Shown here: piece by piece, positions 24,714-32,000 of the stretch
Layout: every line of letters starts with the position of its first letter
How positions within the stretch are numbered: the first letter of the stretch is position 1
Assembly: GCF_000196355.1 (NCBI RefSeq)
Contig: NC_007614.1
Span: 2,490,001 to 2,522,000 of the forward strand
Length of the DNA: 32,000 bases
Reading direction: 5' to 3'
DNA from: Nitrosospira multiformis ATCC 25196
GTDB lineage: Bacteria; Pseudomonadota; Gammaproteobacteria; Burkholderiales; Nitrosomonadaceae
The notes under the pieces: model-generated
What the model was told of the DNA's origin: nothing
Database searches by the model: none
What the model saw: the letters and a program-made list of their open reading frames with translations, nothing else
Position numbers and translations under genes: made by a program

Positions 24714-24801
24714 TGGCGGAAGAGGTGGGATTCGAACCCACGAATGGTTGCCCATTGCCGGTTTTCAAGACCGGTGCCTTCAACCGCTCGGCCACTCTTC
24801 C
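24714..24801 (-). tRNA. tRNA-Ser (anticodon UGA), 88 nt including encoded CCA
   Basis: Manual fold: acceptor GGAAGAG/CTCTTCC; D arm GCC-GAGCGGTTGAA-GGC; anticodon stem CCGGT/ACCGG with loop CTTGAAA; long variable arm AATGG-GCAA-CCATT; T arm GTGGG-TTCGAAT-CCCAC; discriminator G; CCA. Confidence 0.9.
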
Positions 24802-24845
24802 ATTGACTCTCGGACGGCTGCCTTCAACCGCTCGGCCACGCCTCC
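24802..24845 (-). pseudogene. 5' fragment of a second Ser-type tRNA gene (acceptor + D arm only) abutting the 5' end of tRNA-Ser
   Basis: GGAGGCGTGGCCGAGCGGTTGAAGGCAGCCGT... shares the 21-nt block GTGGCCGAGCGGTTGAAGGCA with the intact gene (plus-strand copies at 24775-24795 and 24819-24839). It has a different acceptor stem and no foldable anticodon arm, T arm or 3' acceptor strand. Confidence 0.6.
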
Positions 24846-24978
24846 GAAACTGCCTGCGAATCATACTCGTTTGGGGCCTGTTTTTCCAGCAATGCGCCTG
24901 CAATAACGACAGGATTGCAACTTTCCATAAAGATGAGTAGTCTTATGCGTGTAAAGTTTCGTCAACCAAGGAGACGTC

Positions 24979-25674
24979 ATGCAACCTGAACTTCGATATT
25001 CCAGCCCGACTGTGCAAACCGGACTTGCAGTCGAGCGCAACAAGGTACTGCGCAATACCTATTGGATGCTTGGCCTGACCATGATCCCAACGGTGATCGG
25101 CGCGATGATCGGAATGAGCACCAACTTTGCGTTCCTCGCGCAAGCGCCTATCATGGGACCGCTGGTGATGCTGGCCATCATGATGGGATTGCTGTTTGGC
25201 GTAAGCGCCACCCGCAACAGCGTGGTGGGAATCGGATTGCTGTTCCTGTTTACTTTTGTGGCCGGGTGGTGGCTGGGCCCGATGCTCCAGTATGCGCTTC
25301 ATTTCAAGAATGGCGCACAGATCATCACAACCGCCGCCGCGGGAACAGGAGCAATCTTCTTCACGCTGGCCACCATCGCCACGGTGACGAAGAAGGATTT
25401 CGGCTTTATGCAGAACTTCCTGTTCGTGGGGCTGATACTCCTGATGATCGCGTCGATCGCCAATCTGTTCTTTGCCGTACCGGCAGCCTCGCTCGCCATT
25501 TCGGCAGTTGCGGTACTGCTGTTCTCCGGTTTCATTCTGTTTGATGTAAGCCGTATCGTGAACGGCGGGGAAACCAACTACGTGATGGCGACCATGGGCA
25601 TCTACCTCAGCCTGTACAACCTCTTCACCAGCCTGCTGCACCTGCTGCTGGCGTTGTCGGGCGAGAGAGACTGA
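24979..25674 (+). CDS. Bax-inhibitor-1 / YccA-family inner-membrane protein
   Basis: About seven hydrophobic helices. The N-terminal NKVLRNTYWMLGLTM and C-terminal LYLSLYNLFTSLLHLL blocks are typical of the BI-1/YccA family. Confidence 0.8.
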   Translation: MQPELRYSSPTVQTGLAVERNKVLRNTYWMLGLTMIPTVIGAMIGMSTNFAFLAQAPIMGPLVMLAIMMGLLFGVSATRNSVVGIGLLFLFTFVAGWWLGPMLQYALHFKNGAQIITTAAAGTGAIFFTLATIATVTKKDFGFMQNFLFVGLILLMIASIANLFFAVPAASLAISAVAVLLFSGFILFDVSRIVNGGETNYVMATMGIYLSLYNLFTSLLHLLLALSGERD

Positions 25675-25748
25675 CGCGAAAAGCGCCATAGGAAAAACTA
25701 TAGGATAAGCCCCAGGAGCAAGCCAGGGGAATCCGGAAATACCTCCGG

Positions 25749-25774
25749 GGCGGCTGGAAACAGCCGCCTTTTTT
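25749..25774 (+). terminator. Rho-independent terminator downstream of the BI-1/YccA-family gene
   Basis: GGCGGCTG-gaaa-CAGCCGCC forms a perfect 8-bp GC-rich stem followed by TTTTTT. Confidence 0.75.
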
Positions 25775-25782
25775 CATGCCTC

Positions 25783-27108
25783 TCAAGCTTGCCTGCGGGC
25801 TTTCTCGAACAGCGCGATGGACTCCACATGCGCGGTATGCGGAAACATGTTGATGACACCCGCCGCTTTCAACGCATACCCATTCCTGTGCACCAGAACG
25901 CTCGCGTCGCGAGCCAGTGTGGCGGGATTGCAGGAGACGTAAACGATGCGCCAGGGCTTGAGCTGTTTCTCTTCGAGGGCGGTCACCACGGCAACAGCAC
26001 CCTCCCGCGGCGGATCGATCAGCATCTTGTCGAAATCCCCCTGCTCACGCATCCAACTTTCATCGATTTCAAACAGGTTGGCTTCCATGAATCGCGTACT
26101 CCCCGCGAGGCCGTTGCGTTGTGAATTTTGACGGGCGCGGGAGACAAGCGCCGCGCTGCCTTCATAGCCCACTACCTGCGCGCCGCGCCGCGCAACGGGA
26201 AGAGTGAAATTACCCAGCCCGCAAAACAGGTCCGCGATGCGTTCTCCCCGCCGGGGATCGAGCAGGTTGAGCGCTCGCCGCACCAGTATGCGATTGACCA
26301 TCGGATTCACCTGGGTGAACTCAGTCGGATGAAACGGAATGGTTACATCGAATTCCGGCAGCGTATAACTCAGTTCCGGGGCGTCTTCGGGATAGAAAGG
26401 ATAAGCTGTTTGAGGACCGCCGGTTTGCAGGAAAAGCTGAACGTGATGCTGGTCGGCAAAAGCCTTGAGCAAGGTTTCATCCTGCGCGGTCAGGGGTTCG
26501 AGAATGCGCAGGACCAGTACATCCACGTCCTCGCCCAGTGAAACTTCAATCTGCGGCAGACGTTCGCGGATGGACAGGCTTTCCACCAGCTTTCGTAATG
26601 GCATGATGAGGGCGGAAATACGCGGCGGCATGATCCTGCAGGCCTGCATGTCGGCAATGAAGCTGCTGCGCTTTTCATGAAAACCGACCAGTACGCCGCC
26701 TTTTTTTGCCACATACCGGACTGATAACCGTGCCCGGTAGCGGTAGCCCCAGGGTGATCCATAAACCGCCGGCAATACCAGTTCGGGTGCAACCTTGCCG
26801 ATGTGCTTGAGGTTATCTTCGAGCACGCGCTGTTTTGCCGCCACCTGGGTGCGAACGTCCATATGCTGCATGCTGCAACCGCCGCAGATGCCGAAATGGT
26901 GGCATTCCGGCGTTACCCGCGAAAACGCAGGCTTGAGAATCTGACCGACCTGGGCAAGTTCGAAGCTCGGTTTTCTGCGATAGGCGTTATAGGTGACGAC
27001 TTCTCCCGGCAGGGCGCCCTCGATGAAAATGACCTTGCCTTCGGCATGCGCAACGCCCCGGCCTTCCTGATCCAGGGATTCGATAAGAACGGGAGCAGTC
27101 ATATTCAC
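25783..27108 (-). CDS. rlmD: 23S rRNA (uracil1939-C5)-methyltransferase (RumA/RlmD)
   Basis: An N-terminal TRAM domain ([13 protein letters not shown]...GEVV), the Fe-S cysteines [17 protein letters not shown] motif [12 protein letters not shown], and the catalytic region [12 protein letters not shown]. Confidence 0.88.
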   Translation of the reverse strand: MNMTAPVLIESLDQEGRGVAHAEGKVIFIEGALPGEVVTYNAYRRKPSFELAQVGQILKPAFSRVTPECHHFGICGGCSMQHMDVRTQVAAKQRVLEDNLKHIGKVAPELVLPAVYGSPWGYRYRARLSVRYVAKKGGVLVGFHEKRSSFIADMQACRIMPPRISALIMPLRKLVESLSIRERLPQIEVSLGEDVDVLVLRILEPLTAQDETLLKAFADQHHVQLFLQTGGPQTAYPFYPEDAPELSYTLPEFDVTIPFHPTEFTQVNPMVNRILVRRALNLLDPRRGERIADLFCGLGNFTLPVARRGAQVVGYEGSAALVSRARQNSQRNGLAGSTRFMEANLFEIDESWMREQGDFDKMLIDPPREGAVAVVTALEEKQLKPWRIVYVSCNPATLARDASVLVHRNGYALKAAGVINMFPHTAHVESIALFEKARRQA

Positions 27109-27225
27109 ACTGGCAGGTTCGAAATCGGGAACGGGTTCAGAAGGATTGGATATTCTACCCTCGGATGCTTTCCGGAATCTGCCGAACCTCCATGCAGGAG
27201 AATGAGCAGCCGCAGCAACTGTCGA

Positions 27226-28029
27226 TCAATCCAGAAATGAAGACGCTTCACTCAAACAGAACCACTGTTCGAGAAATTCCTGCCAATGCGGCTCGGAAGA
27301 CTTGCTCAGGGTGAAGCGAACCAGCTCGCATTCACGTTGATACTGTTCGTTGTTGAAGGTGCCGCGCATAAGCTGAAAGCGCAGGAACACAAGGTAGGTA
27401 TTCACCACGTCCGTTTCGCAATAGTTGCGAATGGCGGCAATTTCGCCTTTCTGGAAAGCGCTCCAGACCTGGGAGCCATCCATCCCCGACTTCCCCGGGA
27501 AACCCATCAGCTTCGCCAGCTCATCCAGCGGAACATTCGCGCGCGGCTGATACAGCGCCAGGATATCCATCAGATCGAGATGGCGCGTATGGTAGCGGCT
27601 GAGATAGTTGTTCCATTTGAAATCGCGGTCGTCATCGCCCATGTCCCAGTAGCGCCGGGCCTTCAGCCCGTGAATGAGGCTACGGTAGTGCAGTACCGGC
27701 AAGTCGAACCCGCCTCCGTTCCAGGAGACCAGTTGCGGACTATATTTCTCTATGCCGTCGAAGAAGCGCTGTATGAGTTCGGCTTCGGAATCCGCCGGGC
27801 TCCCCAAAGACCATACGCGGAATTCATCCTTGTCACGCAGCGCGCAGGAAATCGCTGCTACTCTTTGCAGGTGCAGGGGAAGAAAATCGCTTCCGATCGC
27901 CTGGCGACGCGACTGGAAGGCCATCTCGGCGAGGTCGACGGCTGGAAGCCCGTGGGGAAGATTGTAGAGCCTGCGCAATCCCTCTGTATCGGGAACAGTC
28001 TCGATGTCGAAAACCAGTACGGGAGTCAC
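27226..28029 (-). CDS. Predicted 3'-5' exonuclease related to the PolB exonuclease domain (RNase H-like fold)
   Basis: VLVFDIETVPD is an Exo I DxE motif, SWNGGGFDLPVL is Exo II-like, and YCETDVVNTYLVFLR is Exo III-like. Confidence 0.7.
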   Translation of the reverse strand: MTPVLVFDIETVPDTEGLRRLYNLPHGLPAVDLAEMAFQSRRQAIGSDFLPLHLQRVAAISCALRDKDEFRVWSLGSPADSEAELIQRFFDGIEKYSPQLVSWNGGGFDLPVLHYRSLIHGLKARRYWDMGDDDRDFKWNNYLSRYHTRHLDLMDILALYQPRANVPLDELAKLMGFPGKSGMDGSQVWSAFQKGEIAAIRNYCETDVVNTYLVFLRFQLMRGTFNNEQYQRECELVRFTLSKSSEPHWQEFLEQWFCLSEASSFLD

Positions 28030-28087
28030 GCTAGACGTTCAAGTAGATCCTGCGCATCTGTTTTTGAGTGTGCCCGGCAATCCGACT

Positions 28088-28510
28088 TTACTTCCTGACC
28101 CATCCGCCGTCTGCACCCTGATACCACCAACCGCTCCGCGCCAGTTCGATCCAGCGTTGGCCGAACGTGGAACGAATATCCGATTCCCATTCCGGGTGAC
28201 TATTGGCGCGGGCAATCTCGCGATAAAGGGCGTTTCTGTCCTGATTTTCCGCTGCGATCAATCCGTTCACCGACTGCCGCGCGGCCAGCGGCACCGCGTT
28301 GGCGTCCCGCATGACAATGAGGCCATCACGCGTGAGGCCTATTGCTCCGCTTGAATAATACGGCTCCAGTTGGCTATGGCGTTGCTGCATGCTCCGCTTG
28401 ATGCTTGCTATTGCGGGGGTATCGATTTCGATATTGGCCTGTGCATGCCCGGCAAGCGGCATCAATGACAGCAACATCAACAGTGCTGCCCGGAAAATCG
28501 AACTGACCAT
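28088..28510 (-). CDS. ydbL: YdbL-family (DUF1318) periplasmic protein
   Basis: A signal peptide, ENQDRNALYREIA, and the C-terminus GWWYQGADGGWVRK, which compares with E. coli YdbL ...GKWVRK. It is last in the ydbH-ynbE-ydbL order. Confidence 0.75.
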   Translation of the reverse strand: MVSSIFRAALLMLLSLMPLAGHAQANIEIDTPAIASIKRSMQQRHSQLEPYYSSGAIGLTRDGLIVMRDANAVPLAARQSVNGLIAAENQDRNALYREIARANSHPEWESDIRSTFGQRWIELARSGWWYQGADGGWVRK

Positions 28511-28527
28511 GATATCTGCCTTTACTG

Positions 28528-28752
28528 TTATGGCTGCTGCTCTACCGCAGGTTGGGAAGAAGGAGGAGGAGGCGAAACGGGCCCCGTCTTCTCACCCCCT
28601 TCCGGTTTCTTGAGTTGCCACACTTCTTCTATTATCTTGTCTGCTGCTTTTTCGGCTGCGGCGGCAGGGAAATAAATATTGATGGTGACGCAGGCGGTTG
28701 ATACCGCGCCGACCAGGGTCAGCGAAGCGGCCTGGAACAAAAGGTTCTTCAT
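28528..28752 (-). CDS. ynbE: Small lipoprotein, YnbE-like by position
   Basis: A signal sequence with cysteine (GAVSTAC) and a short mature chain, located between the ydbH-like and ydbL genes with an ATGA overlap to ydbH. Sequence similarity to E. coli YnbE is weak by eye. Confidence 0.45.
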   Translation of the reverse strand: MKNLLFQAASLTLVGAVSTACVTINIYFPAAAAEKAADKIIEEVWQLKKPEGGEKTGPVSPPPPSSQPAVEQQP

Positions 28753-30857
28753 TGTTTATCCTGTTGAAGGACAGGCTTGGCATTGGCGTCCGTAATCCGT
28801 TGAAGACGACTTACCAATTCCCGCCAGTCCACCCTGCGATTATAACCTATCACGGTGATCGCCGGGATTCCGCCCCCCTTGACGATAAGATATCCGTGCG
28901 GCAAGGGTTCCGATTCTATCCCCCCCATATTGCAGACGCCATTGCGCAATGTACAGCTCCACGCGATTTGCGAATAGCCGAATTCATCGAAGACGTGCAG
29001 GAAACTGCGCTGGATTGCGGCGGCAGCGCCGAGTCCACCCAGTGATGAAATGCTTTGCACCGCCCGCTGGCTGATGCGGCGGCTGTAATCGCCCGGGCTG
29101 CTCATCAGGCGGGCATCGAATTTCACTGGCTTCCAGTCAAAAAGCTCGAGATCACGCACGGCCACATCTATGCGGCCTTCCATATTGCCGAATGAGAATG
29201 CGCCGGTGAGCAGGTCGAGATCGAGATTGCGCATGTCCACATCCGCCATGAGGGAGGGCGCGGAACCGAAGGGCTCCAGCGCTTTCAGATTCCATACCAG
29301 TACCGTGCCATCAAACACGTTGAGAAGCAGAGCGCCCTGCACTTCAACAGCGGAGCCGTCGAATGTCACCCCGGGGATTTTTCCGGAAAGGGTGCCGCGC
29401 ATCGGCTGAATCCCGAGCGCGCGGGTGAGCTGCTCCATGGATATGGACGAGAGGTCGCCGCTGAACTGCCAACGCCAGCCTGGAAGCGATCCCTGCGCTT
29501 GCCTGATGGCGCTGAAGTTCTCCAGAGTCAGTTTGCCGTCAAGCAAGGGGGCTTCCATTCGGGGTATGCGAAAACCCGGTTCATTTAATCCGGTTATTTC
29601 CAGGGGGATATGAACTGGGCCCACGGGCAGCCGGCTTACGTGACCGCCCCCTATCGTAATGGCGGCCTGCGTCGGCGCATCCGCGCGCAGGGGGATGCGG
29701 GTATTGATATCGCGCAGCGCAAAACGCCCGCCCTCGTCCTCCAGCGACACGTCACGCAGATCGACATCGAGCATTTCGCTCACACCATTCCGGAATCGCC
29801 ACTTTACTCCCGCCTGCCCGACGGTCTTCAAGGCGGAAAAAGAAGTATTGACCAGAAAAGGTTTTACGATCTGGCTGTACAACCCCGCCATTTCGAGATC
29901 AGGCGCGTCGAGGGCGAAATCGTGCAGCCTGCTGGTGCCCCAGCCCATGCTGCCGGACAGATCGATCTCTCCGATCTCCGCCAGGGAAAGTTTTCCCGCA
30001 CTGAGACGAAGGATGCCATCATCGAGTTCGCCACGCCCGCTGAAACGATGACCCTGGGCAGCGAAATAGAGCGGCTGCCAGAACACTTCTCCTTGCGGCC
30101 ACTGCGCATCCGCCTGCCACTCCCATAACCGGGGGTTCTGCGAGGGAATCTGTCCTGGCGTGCGCCTGGCCTTTGCATCGAGGATAACACTGATATTCTC
30201 ACCCGCATGCAAACCGCTGACATCACTGAAGGCCACGCCCTCCACCGCCAGATGGGCATCGATGTCAGCAAGTCCCTCAAGGTCAGCCCGCAGCTTCGCT
30301 TTACCATTGATTTTCCCTTTCGTGGATGAAGGCAGGACGGCATTCTCACTGACCGGCAGCAACTGTACGAACTGCGCGACCTCCCCGTTAGCCGCGGCAA
30401 GCGTACCTTCCCAACCTGCTCTTCCCGTGCGAAGCGACAGCTTCCACCCCCCGCCTGTCTTGCCTGCGCTGTTTCTGATTCTCACATCCAGGATTTTTAC
30501 GTCGGGAGTTCTGCCTGGAACAGACAAACGAAATGACACGGGCAGTGGCGCGGACTCCGACAACCTCAGCGCACCGCTATCACAGTTGATCTCCTCTCTG
30601 CTGGTGCGAAATCGATCACAAGAAAAATGCAGGTTATGCCAGGTCTTTCCCTGTATCGCCACCTCGGACAGCTTCATCCTCAGCGAGGACGCCGGAGGAG
30701 CGCCAGCGAGGGTGATCCGGATCCCCTTGATATTGGAAAAGGGGCCGCGGATATCCTCTGCAGAAAAGGTAAGAGACGCAGCCTGCGCGGATACCACTGC
30801 GGGGAAGAACGCTGTCAGTATCCTGATGAGGAATTTTGTCATTTGCAGACCAGGCAC
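28749..30857 (-). CDS. ydbH: YdbH-like AsmA-family large periplasm-spanning protein
   Basis: A 702-aa protein with an N-terminal signal/anchor and a beta-rich repetitive body, sitting upstream of ynbE-like and ydbL genes as in E. coli. The call rests mostly on synteny. Confidence 0.55.
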   Translation of the reverse strand: MPGLQMTKFLIRILTAFFPAVVSAQAASLTFSAEDIRGPFSNIKGIRITLAGAPPASSLRMKLSEVAIQGKTWHNLHFSCDRFRTSREEINCDSGALRLSESAPLPVSFRLSVPGRTPDVKILDVRIRNSAGKTGGGWKLSLRTGRAGWEGTLAAANGEVAQFVQLLPVSENAVLPSSTKGKINGKAKLRADLEGLADIDAHLAVEGVAFSDVSGLHAGENISVILDAKARRTPGQIPSQNPRLWEWQADAQWPQGEVFWQPLYFAAQGHRFSGRGELDDGILRLSAGKLSLAEIGEIDLSGSMGWGTSRLHDFALDAPDLEMAGLYSQIVKPFLVNTSFSALKTVGQAGVKWRFRNGVSEMLDVDLRDVSLEDEGGRFALRDINTRIPLRADAPTQAAITIGGGHVSRLPVGPVHIPLEITGLNEPGFRIPRMEAPLLDGKLTLENFSAIRQAQGSLPGWRWQFSGDLSSISMEQLTRALGIQPMRGTLSGKIPGVTFDGSAVEVQGALLLNVFDGTVLVWNLKALEPFGSAPSLMADVDMRNLDLDLLTGAFSFGNMEGRIDVAVRDLELFDWKPVKFDARLMSSPGDYSRRISQRAVQSISSLGGLGAAAAIQRSFLHVFDEFGYSQIAWSCTLRNGVCNMGGIESEPLPHGYLIVKGGGIPAITVIGYNRRVDWRELVSRLQRITDANAKPVLQQDKQ

Positions 30858-31090
30858 AAGCTGTGCTGGTTGGGATTGCAGGATGAATGGAGTGAAGCGT
30901 AGCCCATCTAATTCCGGTGATGGGCTGCGGCTTTAGCCTGCACCCTTCTATTCCTTCTATTATAGGGAGATGACGAGGGAAGCCCGATATGTCCCCCTGC
31001 CATTGGCCATGTTGGGATTCGTGCCTAACCCCAGTCTATTGCTGCTCTCCTGCTATAGTCTCCGACCCGTCTATCCCCTGAAACCAGTAA

Positions 31091-31978
31091 TCACGCAGGG
31101 AAAACACCGGTGGAAAGGTAACGATCCCCTCGGTCGCAAACGATCGAGACGATCGTTGCATTTTCTGTTTCCGCAGAAACCTTGAGCGCCGCGGCGAGCG
31201 CGCCGCCCGACGAAATTCCGGCAAAGATCCCCTCTTCGGACGCAAGTCGCCGCGTCATTTCTTCGGCTTCCTTCTGGGAAACCAGCATGATGCGGTCTAC
31301 CCGGCTCGAGTCATAGATTTTTGGCAAATAGGCTTCAGGCCATTTGCGGATACCGGGAATCTGGGCGCCTTCTTCCGGCTGTACACCAATGATCCGGACC
31401 TCGGGTTTCTTCTCCTTGAAGTAGCGGGAGCAACCCATGATCGTTCCGGTCGTGCCCATGCTGCTCACCAGATGAGTAATTTTTCCTTCGGTATCCCGCC
31501 AGATTTCGGGAGCAGTACCTTCGTAATGGGCGCGTGGGTTATCGGGACTGGAAAACTGGTCGAGGATGATTCCCCGCCCCTCGTCGCGCATGCGCTCGGC
31601 CACGTCGCGCGCTTCTTCCATGCTGCCCTCTCTGGAAGTCAGTATGATTTCCGCTCCGTACGCCTTCATCGATTGCCGGCGCTCCACGCTGAGATGTTCG
31701 GGCATCACCAGCACCATGCGGTAACCCATGATTGCCGCCGCCATGGCGAGCGCGATGCCGGTGTTGCCGCTGGTGGCCTCTATCAACGTATCGCCTGGCT
31801 TGATTTCCCCGCGCTCCTGCGCACGCGTAATCATCGACAAAGCGGGACGGTCTTTTACCGAACCCGCCGGATTGTTGCCTTCCAGTTTCAGGAGGACAGT
31901 GTTGGTAGTATTTCCTGGCAGGCGTTTGAGCTTGACCAGAGGCGTATTGCCGACAAAATCTTCTATGGTTTTGAACAT
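31091..31978 (-). CDS. cysM: Cysteine synthase B (O-acetylserine sulfhydrylase)
   Basis: GNTPLVKL, LEGNNPAGSVKDRPAL with the PLP lysine, SGNTGIALAM and GTTGTIMG. The length and N-terminus fit CysM rather than CysK. Confidence 0.85.
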   Translation of the reverse strand: MFKTIEDFVGNTPLVKLKRLPGNTTNTVLLKLEGNNPAGSVKDRPALSMITRAQERGEIKPGDTLIEATSGNTGIALAMAAAIMGYRMVLVMPEHLSVERRQSMKAYGAEIILTSREGSMEEARDVAERMRDEGRGIILDQFSSPDNPRAHYEGTAPEIWRDTEGKITHLVSSMGTTGTIMGCSRYFKEKKPEVRIIGVQPEEGAQIPGIRKWPEAYLPKIYDSSRVDRIMLVSQKEAEEMTRRLASEEGIFAGISSGGALAAALKVSAETENATIVSIVCDRGDRYLSTGVFPA

Positions 31979-32000
31979 GACCTGTCCGACTTGTGAAACG

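Noticed and set aside
24943-25689. A 248-aa ORF antisense to the BI-1/YccA-family gene.
   Set aside because: It has a His/Gln/Arg/Gly-rich low-complexity translation. The opposite strand encodes a coherent seven-helix membrane protein.
27286-28098. A 270-aa ORF antisense to the exonuclease gene.
   Set aside because: It is a shadow ORF of a gene with clear DEDD-type motifs, and no family signature is visible.
30901-30926. An 8-bp hairpin AGCCCATC...GATGGGCT in the cysM-ydbH intergenic region, considered as a terminator.
   Set aside because: There is no U-tract after the stem on either strand, and the loop is 10 nt. It is not convincing as a Rho-independent terminator.
1-32000. CRISPR arrays, rRNA genes and long tandem repeats.
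   Set aside because: I saw no regularly spaced short direct repeats or rRNA-like conserved blocks while reading the window. The only repeats found are those reported: the IS inverted repeats and TSD, the mqsA duplication and the tRNA D-arm block.

Overview
The window looks like a chromosomal segment from a Gram-negative, probably beta- or gamma-proteobacterial genome, with GC in the mid-50s % by eye. LpxA, a DolP-like BON lipoprotein, a YdbH-YnbE-YdbL operon and a PEP-CTERM protein are all present. 1-4.8 kb holds an aromatic amino-acid operon, pheA-hisC-aroF (type I-beta DAHP synthase)-tyrA, preceded by the tail of an ACT-domain gene. 4.9-7.3 kb is a small accessory patch: an orphan encapsulated-ferritin-like gene with no encapsulin, an unknown 207-aa protein, a PEP-CTERM-anchored HExxH protein and a PIN-toxin remnant. 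In 7.3-16 kb a stand-alone lpxA diverges from a five-gene operon with overlapping start and stop codons. That operon encodes a Wzt-type ABC ATPase with a C-terminal glycan-binding-type domain but no Wzm permease, an LmbE/PIG-L-like protein with an altered metal motif, a GT4-coiled-coil-methyltransferase fusion, a Gfo/Idh/MocA oxidoreductase and a DegT-type aminotransferase. A NYN+LOTUS protein follows it. This block is my top candidate for an undescribed amino-sugar glycoconjugate, capping/export or lipid A modification module. 16-21 kb carries a dolP-like gene and a GAF-PAS-PAS-GAF hybrid histidine kinase of about 982 codons, split near codon 45 by a 1223-bp IS481-family element with a 7-bp target duplication. 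21.1-24.85 kb is an AT-rich islet without an integrase, next to tRNA-Ser(UGA). It contains mqsR-mqsA plus a second, diverged tandem mqsA, an MqsA-type operator palindrome, a DUF1493-like putative immunity gene, and a 5'-truncated, frameshifted Rhs tip with a glycine-rich C-terminal domain. The right end is housekeeping: a BI-1/YccA-family gene, rlmD, a PolB-like exonuclease, ydbH-ynbE-ydbL and cysM. I saw no CRISPR array or rRNA. All family calls come from reading the translated ORFs and recalling motifs; no database search was run.
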